This document shows, piece by piece, positions 44,340-58,900 of a stretch of 64,000 nucleotides of DNA (position 1 is its first letter; each line of letters starts with the position of its first letter). The DNA is from Eledone cirrhosa (taxonomy: Eukaryota): the NCBI GenBank assembly GCA_964016885.1, contig OZ024743.1:209684001-209748000 (forward strand). The letters are read 5' to 3'. Position numbers and translations under genes: made by a program. The notes under the pieces are model-generated. The model saw nothing but the letters and a program-made list of their open reading frames with translations, did not search any database and was not told where the DNA came from.

Positions 44340-47300
44340 ATGAAAGCTCTTCACTCCATAAGATATACCACAGTTTACCATCCTATAGCCACACATGAAA
44401 GCTCTTCACTCCATAAGATATACCACAGTTTACCATCCTATGGCCACACATGAAAGCTCTTCACCCCATAAGATATACCACAGTTTACCATCCTATAGCC
44501 ACACATGTAAGCTCTTCACTCCATAAGATATACCACAGTTTACCATCCTATAGCCACACATGAAAGCTCTTCACTCCATAAGATATACCACAGTTTACCA
44601 TCCTATAGCCAGATGAAAGCTCTTTACTCCATAAAATATACCACAGTTTACCATCCTATAGCCACACATGAAAGCTCTTCACTCCATAAGATATACCACA
44701 GTTTACCATCCTATAGCCACAGATGAAAGCTCTTCACTCCATAAGATATACCACAGTTTACCATCCTATAGCCACGCCACGGATGAAAGCTATTCACTCC
44801 ATAAGATATACCACAGTTTACCATCCTATAGTCACACATGAAAGCTCTTCACTCCATAAGATATAACACAGTTTACCATCCTATAGCCAGATGAAAGCTC
44901 TTCACTCCATAAGATATACCACTGTTTACTATCCTATAGCCACAGATGAAAGCTGTTCACTCCATAAGATATACCACAGTTTACCATCCTATAGCCACAC
45001 ATGAAAGCTCTTCACTCCATAAGATATACCACAGTTTACCATCCTATAGCCACACATGAAAGCTCTTTACTCCATAAGATATCCCACAGTTTACCATCAT
45101 ATAGCCACACATGAAAGCTCTTCACTCCATAAGATATACCACAGTTTACCATCATATAGCCAGATGAAAGCTCTTCACTCCATAAGATATACCACAGTTT
45201 AACATCCTATAGACACAGATGAAAGCTGTTCACTCCATAAGATATACCACAGTTTACCATCCTATAGCCACAGATGAAAGCTGTTCACTCCATAAGTTAT
45301 ACCACAGTTTACCATCCTATAGCCACAGATGAAAGCTCTTCACTCCATACGATATACCACAGTTGACCATCCTATAGCCACAGATGAAAGCTGTTCACTC
45401 CATAAGATAAACCACAGTTTACCATCCTATAGCCACACATGAAAGCTCTTCACTCCATAAGATATACCACAGTTTACCATCCTATAGCCACAGATGAAAG
45501 CTGTTCACTCCATAAGATATACCACAGTTTACCATCCTATAGCCACAGAAGAAAGCTGTTCACTCCATAAGATATACGACAGTTTACCATCCTATAGCCA
45601 GATGAAAGCTGTTCACTCCATAAGATATACCACAGATTACCATCCTATAGCCACAGATGAAAGCTGTTCACTCCATAAGATATACCACAGTTTACCATCC
45701 TATAGCCAGATGAAAGCTCTTCACTCCATCAGATATACCACAATTTACCATCCTATAGCCACAGATGAAAGCTGTTCACTCCATAAGATATACCACAGTT
45801 TACCATCCTATAGCTAGATGAAAGCTCTTCACTCCATAAGATATACCACAGTTTACCATCCTATAGCCAGATGAAAGCTCTTAACCCCATAAGATATACC
45901 ACAGTTTACCATCCTATAGCCACACATGAAAGCTCTTCACCCCATAAGATATACCACAGTTTACCATCCTATTGCCACACATGAAAGTTCTTCACTCGAT
46001 AAGATGTACCACAGTTTACCATCCTATAGCCACACATGAAAGCTCTTCACTCCATAAGATATACCACAGTTTACCATCCTATAGCCAGATGAAAGCTCTT
46101 CACTCCATAAGATATACGACAGTTTACCATCCTATAGCCACACATGAAAGCTCTTCAATCCATAAGATATACCTCAGTTTACCATCTTATAGCCACAGAT
46201 GAAAGCTCTTCACTCCATAAGATATACCACAGTTTACCATCTTATGGCCACACATGAAAGCTCTTCACCCCATAAGATATACCTCAGTTTACCATCCTAT
46301 AGCCACAGATGAAAGCTCTTCACTCCATAAGATATACCACAGTTTACCATCCTATAGCCACACATGAAATCTCTTCACTCCATAAGATATACCACAGTTT
46401 ACCATCCTATGGCCACACATGAAAGCTCTTCACCCCATAAGATATACCACAGTTTACCATCCTATAGCCACACATGAAAGCTCTTCACTCCATAAGATAT
46501 ACCACAGTTTACCATCCTATAGCCAGATGAAAGCTCTTCACTCCAAAAAATATACCACAATTTACCATCCTATAGCCACACATGAAAGCTCTTCACTCCA
46601 TAAGATATACCACAGTTTACCATCCTATAGCCACAGATGGAAGCTCTTCACTCCATAAGATATACCACATTTTGCCATCCTATAGCCAGATGAAAGCTCT
46701 TCACTCCATGAGATATACCACAGTTTACCATCCTATAGCCACGCCACGGATGAAAGCTCTTCACTCCATAAGATATACCACAGTTTACTATCCTATAGCC
46801 ACCAATGAAAGCTCTTCACTCCATAAGATATACCACAGTTTACCATCCTATGGCCACAGATAAAACTCTTCACTCCATAAGATATACCACAGTTTACCAT
46901 CCTATAGCCACACATGAAAGCTCTTCACTCCATAAGATATACCACAGTTTACCATCCTATAGCCACACATGAAAGCTCTTCACTCCATAAGATATACCAC
47001 AGTTTACCATGCTATGGCCACACATGAAAGCTCTTCACTCCATAAGATATACCAGTTTACCATACTATAGCCACACATGAAAGCTCTTCACTCCATAAGA
47101 TATACCACTGTTTACCATCCTATAGCCACACATGAAAGCTCTTCACTCCATAATATATTCCACAGTTTACCATCCTATAGCCATACATGAGAGCTCTTCA
47201 CTCCATAAGATATACCACTGTTTACCATCCTATGGCCACACATGAAAGCTCTTCACTCCATAAGATATACCTCAGTTTACCATCCTATGGCCACACATGA

Positions 47301-47950
47301 AAGCTCTTCACTCCATAAGATATACCTCAGTTTACAATCCTATAGCCACATATGAAAGCTCTTCACTCCATAAGATATACCACAGTTTACCATCCTATAG
47401 CCACACATGAGAGCTCTTCATCCATAAGATATACCACTGTTTACCATCCTATGGCCACACATGAAAGCTCTTCACTCCATAAGATATACCACTGTTTCCC
47501 ATCCTATGGCCACACATGAAAGCTCTTCACTCCATAAGATATACCACAGTTTACCATCCTATAGCCAGATGAAAGCTCTTCACTCCATAAGATATACCAC
47601 AATTTACCATCCTATAGCCACACATGAAAGCTCTTCACTCCATAAGATATACCACTGTTTACCATCCTATGGCCACACATGAAAGCTCTTCACTCCATAA
47701 GATATACCACAGTTTACCATCCTATAGCCAGATAAAAGCTCTTCACTCCATAAAATATACCACAGTTTACCATCCTATAGCCACAGGTGAAAGCTCTTCA
47801 CTCCATAAGATATACCACAGTTTACCATCCTATAGCCAGATGAAAGCTCTTCACTCCATAAGATATACCACAGTTTACCACCCTATAGCCACAGATGAAA
47901 GCTCTTCACTCCATGAGATATACCACAGTTTACCATCCTATAGCCACGCC
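44340..47950 (+). repeat. Non-adjacent diverged copy of the variant string seen at ~15.1-17.7 kb and ~24.8-26.9 kb, continuing into a string like 12.6-13.4 kb
   Basis: The same ordered rare markers appear: ACTGTTTACTATCC (15838/44921), CCATACGATA..TTGACC (~16207/45345), CATCAG..CACAATTT (~16480/45727), CCAAAAAATATACCACAATT (~17404/46543) and ATTTTGCC. The ORF offset 16246/45494 is 29248. Confidence 0.8.
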
Positions 47951-50199
47951 ACGGAAGAAAGCTCTTCACTCCATAAGATATACCACAGTTTACAATCCTA
48001 TAGCCACAGATGAAAGCTCTTCACTCCATAAGATATACCACAGTTTACCATCCTATAGCCACAGATGAAAGCTCTTCACTCCATAAGATATACCACAGTT
48101 TACCATCCTATAGCCACACAGGAAAGCTCTTCACTCCATAAGATATACCACAGTTTACCATCCTATAGCCACACAGGAAAGCTCTTCACTCCATAAGATA
48201 TACCACAGTTTACCATCCTATAGCCACGCCACGGATGAAAGCTATTCACTCCATAAGATATACCACAGTTTACCATCCTATAGTCACACATGAAAGCTCT
48301 TCTCTCCATAAGATATAACACAGTTTACCATCCTATAGCCACAGATGAAAGCTCTTCACTCCTTAAGATATACCACAGTTTACCATCTTGTAGCCACAGA
48401 TGAAAGCTTTTCACTCCATAACATATACCACAGTTTACCATCCTATAGCCAGATGAAAGCTCTTCACTCCATAAGATATACCACAGTTTACCATCCTATA
48501 GCCACAGATGAAATATGTTCACTCCATAAGATATACCACAGTTTACCATCCTATAGCCACAGATGAAAGCTCTTCACTCCATAAGATATACCACAGTTTA
48601 CCATCCTATAGCCACAGATGAAAGCTGTTCACTCCATAAGATATACCACAGTTTACCATCCTATAGCCACACAAGAAAGCTCTTCACTCCATAAGATATA
48701 CCACAGTTTACCATCCTATAGCCACAGATGAAAGCTGTTCACTCCATAAGATATACGACAGTTTATCATCCTATAGCCACAGATGAAAGCTGTTCACTCC
48801 ATAAGATATACGACAGTTTACCATCCTATAGCCACACATGAAAGCTCTTCACTCCATAAGATATACCACAGTTTACCATCCTATAGCCACACATGAAAGC
48901 TCTTCACTCCATAAGATATACCACAGATTACCATCCTATAGCCACAGATGAAAGCTGTTCACTCCATAAGATATACCACAGTTTACCATCCTATAGCCAG
49001 ATGAAAGCTCTTCACTCCATAAGATATACCACAGTTTACCATCCTATAGCCAGATGAAAGCTCTTCACTCCATAAGATATACCACAGTTTACCATCCTAT
49101 AGCCACAGATGAAAGCTCTTCACTCCATAAGATATACCACAGTTTACCATCCTATAGCCACAGATGAAAGCTCTTCACTCCATAAGATATACAACAGTTT
49201 ACCATCCTATAGCCACAGATGAAAGCTCTTCACTCCATAAGATATACCACAGTTTACCATCCTATAGCCACAGATGAAAGCTCTTCACCCCATAAGATAT
49301 ACCACAGTTTACCATCCTATAGCCACACATTAAAGCTCTTCACTCCATAAGATATACCACAGTTTACAATCCTATAGCCACAGATGAAACCTCTTCATCC
49401 CATAAGATATACCACAGTTTACCATCCTATAGCCACAGATGAAAGCTCTTCACTCCATAAGATATACCACAGTTTACCATCCTATAGCCACACAGGAAGG
49501 CTCTTCACTCCATAAGATATACCACAGTTTACCATCCTATAGCCACAGATGAAAGCTCTTCACCCCATAAGATATACCACAGTTTACCATCCTATAGCCA
49601 CACATTAAAGCTCTTTACTCCATAAGATATACCACAGTTTACCATCCTATAGTCACACATGAAAGCTCTTCACTCCATAAGATATAACACAGTTTACCAT
49701 CCTATAGCCACAGATGAAAGCTCTTCACTCCTTAAGATATACCACAGTTTACCATCTTGTAGCCACAGATGAAAGCTCTTCACTCCATAACATATACCAC
49801 AGTTTACCATCCTATAGCCACAGATGAAAGCTGTTCACTCGATAAGATATACCAGTTTACCATCCTATAGCCACACATGAAAGCTCTTCACTCCATAAGA
49901 TATACCACAGTTTACCATCCTATAGCCACACATGAAAGCTCTTCACTCCATAAGATATACCACAGTTTACCATCATATAGCCACACATGAAAGCTCTTCA
50001 CTCCATAAGATATACCACAGTTTACCATCCTATAGCCACAGATGAAAGCTCTTCACTCCATAAGATATACCACAGTTTACCATCCTATAGCCACAGATGA
50101 AAGCTGTTCACTCCATAAGATATACCACAGTTTACCATCCTATAGCCACACAAGAAAGCTCTTCACTCCATAAGATATACCACAGTTTACCATCCTATA

Positions 50200-53100
50200 G
50201 CCACAGATGAAAGCTGTTCACTCCATAAGATATACGACAGTTTACCATCGTATAGCCACAGATGAAAGCTGTTCACTCTATAAGATATACGACAGTTTAC
50301 CATCCTATAGCCAGATGAAAGCTCTTCACTCCATAAGATATACCACAGATTACCATCCTATAGCCACAGATGAAAGCTGTTCACTCCATAAGATATACCA
50401 CAGTTTACCATCCTATAGCCAGATGAAAGCTCTTCACTCCATAAGATATACCACAGTTTACCATCCTATAGCCACAGATGAAAGCTGTTCACTCCCGAAG
50501 ATATACCACAGTTTACCATCCTATAGCCAGATGAAAGCTCTTCACTCCATAAGATATACCACAGTTTACCATCCTATAGCCAGATGAAAGCTCTTCACTC
50601 CATAAGATATACCACAGTTTACCATACTATAGCCACAGATGAAAGCTCTTCACTCCATAAGATATACCACAGTTTACCATCCTATAGCCACAGATGAAAG
50701 CTCTTCACTCCATAAGATATACCACAGTTTACCATCCTATAGCCACACATTAAAGCTCTTCACTCCATAAGATATACCACAGTTTACAATCCTATAGCCA
50801 CAGATGAAACCTCTTCATCCCATAAGATATACCACAGTTTACCATCCTATAGCCACACATGAAAGCTCTTCACTCCATAAGATATAGCACAGTTTACCAT
50901 CCTATAGCCAAACATGAAAGCTCTTCACTCCATAAGATATACCACAGTTTACCATCCTATAGCCACAGATGAAAGCTCTTCACCCCATAAGATATACGAC
51001 AGTTTACCATCCTATAGCCACACATGAAAGCTCTTCACCCCATAAGATATACCACAGTTTAACATCCTATAGCAAGATGAAAGCGCTTCACTCCATAAGA
51101 TATACAACAGTTTACCATCCTATAGCCACACATGAAAGCTCTTCAATCCATAAGATATACCTCAGTTTACCATCTTATAGCCACAGATGAAAGCTCTTCA
51201 CTCCATAAGATATACCACAGTTTACCATCCTATAGCCACACATGAAAGCTCTTCACTCCATAAGATATACCACAGTTTATCATCCTATAGCCACAGATGA
51301 AAGCTGTTCACTCCATCAGATATACCACAGTTTACCATCCTATAGCCACACATGAAAGCTCTTCACTCCATCAGATATACCACAGTTTACCATCCTATAG
51401 CCACAGATGAAAGCTGTTAACTCCATAGGATATACGACAGTTTACCATCCTATAGCCACAGATGAAAGCTGTTCACTCCATAAGATATACGACAGTTTAC
51501 TATCCTATAGCCAGATGAAAGCTCTTCACTCCATAAGATATACCACAGATTACCATCCTATAGCCACAGATGAAATCTGTTCACTCCATAAGATATAGCA
51601 CAGTTTACCATCCTATAGCCAGATGAAAGCTCTTCACTCCATAAGATATACCACAGTTTACCATCCTATAGCCACATATGAAAGCTCTTCACTCCATAAG
51701 ATATACCACAGTTTACCATCCTATAGCCAGATGAAAGCTCTTCACTCCATAGGATATACCACAGTTTACCATCCTATAGCCAGATGAAAGCTCTTCACTC
51801 CATAAGATATACCACAGTTTACCATCCTATAGCCACAGATGAAAGCTCTTCACTCCTTAAGATATACCACAGTTTACCATCCTATAGCCACAGATGAAAG
51901 CTCTTCACTCCATAAGATATACCACAGTTCACCATCCTATAGCCACAGATGAAAGCTCTTCACTCCACAAGATATACCACAGTTTACCATCCTATAGCCA
52001 CAGATGAAAGCTCTTCACTCCATAAGATATACCACAGTTTACCATCCTATAGCCACAAATGAAAGCTCTTCACCCCATAAGATATACCACAGTTTACCAT
52101 CCTATAGCCACACATGAAAGCTCTTCACTCCATAAGATATACCACAGTTTACCATCATATAGCCACAGATGAAAGCTCTTCACCCCATAAGATATACCAC
52201 AGTTTAGCATCCTATAGCCACAGATGAAAGCTCTTCACTCCATAAGATATACCACAGTTTACCATCCTATAGCCACAGATGAAAGCTCTTCACCCCATAA
52301 GATATACCACAGTTTACCATCCTATAGCCACACATGAAAGCTCTTCACCCCATAAGATATACCACAGTTTAACATCCTATAGCAAGATGAAAGCGCTTCA
52401 CTCCATAAGATATACGACAGTTTACCATCCTATAGCCACACATGAAAGCTCTTCAATCCATAAGATATACCTCAGTTTACCATCTTATAGCCACAGATGA
52501 AAGCTCTTCACTCCATAAGATATACCACATTTACCATCCTATAGCCACACATGAAAGCTCTTCACTCCATAAGATATACCACAGTTTACCATCCTATAGC
52601 CACACATGAAAGCTCTTCACTCCATAAGATATACCACAGTTTACCATGCTATAGGCACAGATGAAAGCTGTTCACTCCATCAGATATACCACAGTTTACC
52701 ATCCTATAGCCACATATGAAAGCTCTTCACTCCATCAGATATACCACAGTTTACCATCCTATAGCCACAGATGAAAGCTGTTAACTCCATAAGATATACG
52801 ACAGTTTACCATCCTATAGCCACAGATGAAAGCTGTTCACTCCATAAGATATACGACAGTTTACCATCCTATAGCCAGATGAAAGCTCTTCACTCCATAA
52901 GATATACCACAGATTACCATCCTATAGCCACAGATGAAAGCTGTTCACTCCATAAGATATACCACAGTTTACCATCCTATAGCCACAGATGAAAGCTCTT
53001 CACTCCATAAGATATACCACAGTTTACCATCCTATAGCCACAGATGAAAGCTGTTCACTCCATAAGATATACCACAGTTTACCATCCTATAGCCACACAA

Positions 53101-56100
53101 GGAAGCTCTTCACTCCATAAGATATACCACAGTTTACCATCCTATAGCCACAGATGAAAGCTGTTCACTCCATAAGATATACGACAGTTTACCATCCTAT
53201 AGCCACAGATGAAAGCTGTTCACTCCATACGATATACGACAGTTTACCATCCTATAGCCAGATGAAAGCTCTTCACTCCATAAGATATACCACAGTTTAC
53301 CATCCTATAGCCAGATGAAAGCTCTTCACTCCATAAGATATACCACAGTTTACCATCCTATAGCCACAGATGAAAGCTCTTCACTCCATAAGATATACCA
53401 CAGTTTACCATCCTATAGCTACAGATGAAAGCTCTTCACTCCATAAGATATACCACAGTTTACCATCCTATAGCCACAGATGAAAGCTCTTCACTCCATA
53501 AGATATACCACAGTTTACCATCCTATAGCCACAGATGAAAGCTCTTCACCCCATAAGATATACCACAGTTTACCATCCTATAGCCACACATTAAAGCTCT
53601 TCACTCCATAAGATATACCACAGTTTACAATCATATAGCCACAGATGAAACCTCTTCATCCCATAAGATATACCACAGTTTACCATCCTATAGCCACAGA
53701 TGAAAGCTCTTCACTCCATAAGATATACCACAGTTTACCATCCTATAGCCACAGATGAAAGCTCTTCACCCCATAAGATATACCACAGTTTACCATCCTA
53801 TAGCCACACATGAAAGCTCTTCACCCCATAAGATATACCACAGTTTAACATCCTATAGCAAGATGAAAGCGCTTCACTCCATAAGATATACGACAGTTTA
53901 CCATCCTATAGCCACACATGAAAGCTCTTCAATCCATAAGATATACCTCAGTTTACCATCTTATAGCCACAGATGAAAGCTCTTCACTCCATAAGATATA
54001 CCACAGTTTACCATCCTATAGCCACACATGAAAGCTCTTCACTCCATGAGATATACCACAGTTTACCATCCTATAGCCACACATGAAAGCTCTTCACTCC
54101 ATAAGATATACCACAGTTTACCATGCTATAGCCACAGATGAAAGCTGTTCACTCCATAAGATATACGACAGTTTACCATCCTATAGCCACAGATGAAAGC
54201 TGTTCACTCCATAAGATATACGACAGTTTACCATACTATAGCCAGATGAAAGCTCTTCACTCCATAAGATATACCACAGATTACCATCCTATAGCCACAG
54301 ATGAAAGCTGTTCACTCCATAAGATATACCACAGTTTACCATCCTATAGCCAGATGAAAGCTCTTCACTCCATAAGATATACCACAGTTTACCATCCTAT
54401 AGCCACATATGAAAGCTCTTCACTCCATAAGATATACCACAGTTTACCATCCTATAGCCAGATGAAAGCTCTTCACTCCATAGGATATACCACAGTTTAC
54501 CATCCTATAGCCAGATGAAAGCTCTTCACTCCATAAGATATACCACAGTTTACCATCCTATAGCCACAGATGAAAGCTCTTCACTCCTTAAGATATACCA
54601 CAGTTTACCATCCTATAGCCACACATGAAAGCTCTTCACTCCATAAGATATACCACAGTTTACCATCCTATAGCCACACATGAAAGCTCTTCACTCCATA
54701 AGATATACCACAGTTTACCATCCCATAGCCACAGATGAAAGCTCTTCACCCCATAAGATATACCACAGTTTACCATCCTATAGCCACAGATGAAAGCTCT
54801 TCACTCCATAAGATATACCACAGTTTACCATCCTATAGCCACAAATGAAAGCTCTTCACCCCATAAGATATACCACAGTTTACCATCCTATAGCCACACA
54901 TGAAAGCTCTTCACCCCATAAGATATACCACAGTTTAACATCCTATAGCAAGATGAAAGCGCTTCACTCCATAAGATATACGACAGTTTACCATCCTATA
55001 GCCACACGTGAAAGCTCTTCAATCCATAAGATATACCTCAGTTTACCATCTTATAGCCACAGAGGAAAGCTCTTCACTCCATAAGATATACCACAGTTTT
55101 CCATCCTATAGCCACACATGAAAGCTCTTCACTCCATAAGATATACCACAGTTTACCATCCTATAGCCACACATGAAAGCTCTTCACTCCATAAGATATA
55201 CAACAGTTTACCAAGCTATAGCCACAGCTGAAAGCTGTTCACTCCATCAGATATACCACATTTTACCATCCTATAGCCACACATGAAAGCTCTTCACTCC
55301 ATCAGATATACCACAGTTTACCATTCTATAGCCACAGATGAAAGCTGTTAACTCCATAAGATATACGACAGTTTACCATCCTATAGCCACAGATGAAAGC
55401 TGTTCACTCCATAAGATATACGACAGTTTACCATCCTATAGCCAGATGAAAGCTCTTCACTCCATAAGATATACCACAGATTACCATCCTATAGCCACAG
55501 ATGAAAGCTGTTCACTCCATAAGATATACCACAGTTTACCATCCTATAGCCACAGATGAAAGCTCTTCACTCCATAAGATATACCACATTTTACCATCCT
55601 ATAGCCACAGATGAAAGCTGTTCACTCCATAAGATATACCACAGTTTACCATCCTATAGCCACACAAGAAAGCTCTTCACTCCATGAGATATACCACAGT
55701 TTACCATCCTATAGCCACAGATGAAAGCTGTTCACTCCATAAGATATACGACAGTTTACCATCCTATAGCCACAGATGAAAGCTGTTCACTCCATAAGAT
55801 ATACGACAGTTTACCATCCTATAGCCAGATGAAAGCTCTTCACTCCATAAGATATACCACAGATTACCATCCTATAGCCACAGATGAAAGCTGTTCACTC
55901 CATAAGATATACCACAGTTTACCATCCTATAGCCAGATGAAAGCTCTTCACTCCATAAGATATACCACAGTTTACCATCCTATAGCCACATATGAAAGCT
56001 CTTCACTCCATAAGATATACCACAGTTTACCATCCTATAGCCAGATGAAAGCTCTTCACTCCATAGGATATACCACAGTTTACCATCCTATAGCCAGATG

Positions 56101-58900
56101 AAAGCTCTTCACTCCATAAGATATACCACAGTTTACCATCCTATAGCCACAGATGAAAGCTCTTCACTCCTTAAGATATACCACAGTTTACCATCCTATA
56201 GCCACACATGAAAGCTCTTCACTCCATAAGATATACCACAGTTTACCATCCCATAGCCACAGATGAAAGCTCTTCACCCCATAAGATATACCACAGTTTA
56301 CCATCCTATAGCCACAGATGAAAGCTCTTCACTCCATAAGATATACCACAGTTTACCATCCTATAGCCACAGATGAAAGCTCTTCACCCCATAAGATATA
56401 CCACAGTTTACCATCCTATAGCCACACATGAAAGCTCTTCACCCCATAAGATATACCACAGTTTAACATCCTATAGCAAGATGAAAGCGCTTCACTCCAT
56501 AAGATATACGACAGTTTACCATCCTATAGCCACACGTGAAAGCTCTTCAATCCATAAGATATACCTCAGTTTACCATCTTATAGCCACAGATGAAAGCTC
56601 TTCACTCCATAAGATATACCACAGTTTTCCATCCTATAGCCACACATGAAAGCTCTTCACTCCATAAGATATACCACAGTTTACCATCCTATAGCCACAC
56701 ATGAAAGCTCTTCACTCCATAAGATATACCACAGTTTACCAAGCTATAGCCACAGATGAAAGCTGTTCACTCCATCAGATATACCACAGTTTACCATCCT
56801 ATAGCCACAGATGAAAGCTGTTAACTCCATAAGATATACGACAGTTTACCATCCTATAGCCACAGATGAAAGCTGTTCACTCCATAAGATATACGACAGT
56901 TTACAATCCTATAGCCAGATGAAAGCTCTTCACTCCATAAGATATACCACAGATTACCATCCTATAGCCACAGATGAAAGCTGTTCACTCCATAAGATAT
57001 ACCACAGTTTACCATCCTATAGCCACAGATGAAAGCTCTTCACTCCATAAGATATACCACATTTTACCATCCTATAGCCACAGATGAAAGCTGTTCACTC
57101 CATAAGATATACCACAGTTTACCATCCTATAGCCACACAAGAAAGCTCTTCACTCCATGAGATATACCACAGTTTACCATCCTATAGCCACAGATGAAAG
57201 CTGTTCACTCCATAAGATATACGACAATTTACCATCCTATAGCCACAGATGAAAGCTGTTCACTCCATAAGATATACGACAGTTTACCATCCTATAGCCA
57301 GATGAAAGCTCTTCACTCCATAAGATATACCACAGATTACCATCCTATAGCCACAGATGAAAGCTGTTCACTCCATAAGATATACCACTGTTTACCATCC
57401 TATAGCCAGATGAAAGCTCTTCACTCCATAAGATATACCACAGTTTACCATCCTATAGCCACAGATGAAAGCTGTTCACTCCCGAAGATATACCACAGTT
57501 TACCATCCTATAGCCAGATGAAAGCTCTTCACTCCATAAGATATACCACAGTTTACCATCCTATAGCCAGATGAAAGCTCTTCACTCCATAAGATATACC
57601 ACAGTTTACCATCCTATAGCCACAGATGAAAGCTCTTCACTCCATAAGATATACCACAGTTTACCATCCTATAGCTACAGATGAAAGCTCTTCACTCCAT
57701 AAGATATACCACAGTTTACCATCCTATAGCCACAGATGAAAGCTCTTCACTCCATAAGATATACCACAGTTTACCATCCTATAGCCACAGATGAAAGCTC
57801 TTCACCCCATAAGATATACCACAGTTTACCATCCTATAGCCACACATTAAAGCTCTTCACTCCATAAGATATACCTCAGTTTACAATCCTATAGCCACAG
57901 ATGAAACCTCTTCATCCCATAAGATATACCACAGTTTACCATCCTATAGCCACACATGAAAGCTCTTCACTCCATAAGATATACCACAGTTTACCATCCT
58001 ATAGCCAAACATGAAAGCTCTTCACTCCATAAGATATACCACAGTTTACCATCCTATAGCTACAGATGAAAGCTCTTCACCCCATAAGATATACCACAGT
58101 TTAACATCCTATAGCAAGATGAAAGCGCTTCACTCCATAAGATATACGACAGTTTACCATCCTATAGCCACACATGAAAGCTCTTCAATCCATAAGATAT
58201 ACCTCAGTTTACCATCTTATAGCCACAGATGAAAGCTCTTCACTCCATAAGATATACCACAGTTTACCATCCTATAGCCACACATGAAAGCTCTTCACTC
58301 CATAAGATATACCACAGTTTACCATCCTATAGCCACACATGAAAGCTCTTCACTCCATAAGATATACCACAGTTTACCATGCTATAGCCACAGATGAAAG
58401 CTGTTCACTCCATCAGATATACCACAGTTTACCATCCTATAGCCACACATGAAAGCTCTTCACTCCATCAGATATACCACAGTTTACCATCCTATAGCCA
58501 CAGATGAAAGCTGTTAACTCCATAAGATATACGACAGTTTACCATCCTATAGCCACAGATGAAAGCTGTTCACTCCATAAGATATACGACAGTTTACCAT
58601 CCTATAGCCAGATGAAAGCTCTTCACTCCATAAGATATACCACAGATTACCATCCTATAGCCACAGATGAAAGCTGTTCACTCCATAAGATATACCAAAG
58701 TTTACCATCCTATAGCCAGATGAAAGCTCTTCACTCCATAAGATATACCACAGTTTACCATCCTATAGCCACAGATGAAAGCTCTTCACTCCATAAGATA
58801 TACCACAGTTTACCATCCTATAGCCAGATGAAAGCTCTTTACTACATAATATATACCACAGTTTACCATCCTATAGCCAGATGAAAGCTCTTCACTCCAT
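50200..58900 (+). repeat. Domain of variable-length higher-order repeats (~20-30 monomers per unit)
   Basis: The marker AACATCCTATAGCAAGATGAAAGCGC occurs at 51061, 52371, 53847, 54937, 56465 and 58103 (spacings 1310, 1476, 1090, 1528, 1638) and again at 62040. It was not seen before 51 kb. Confidence 0.88.
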
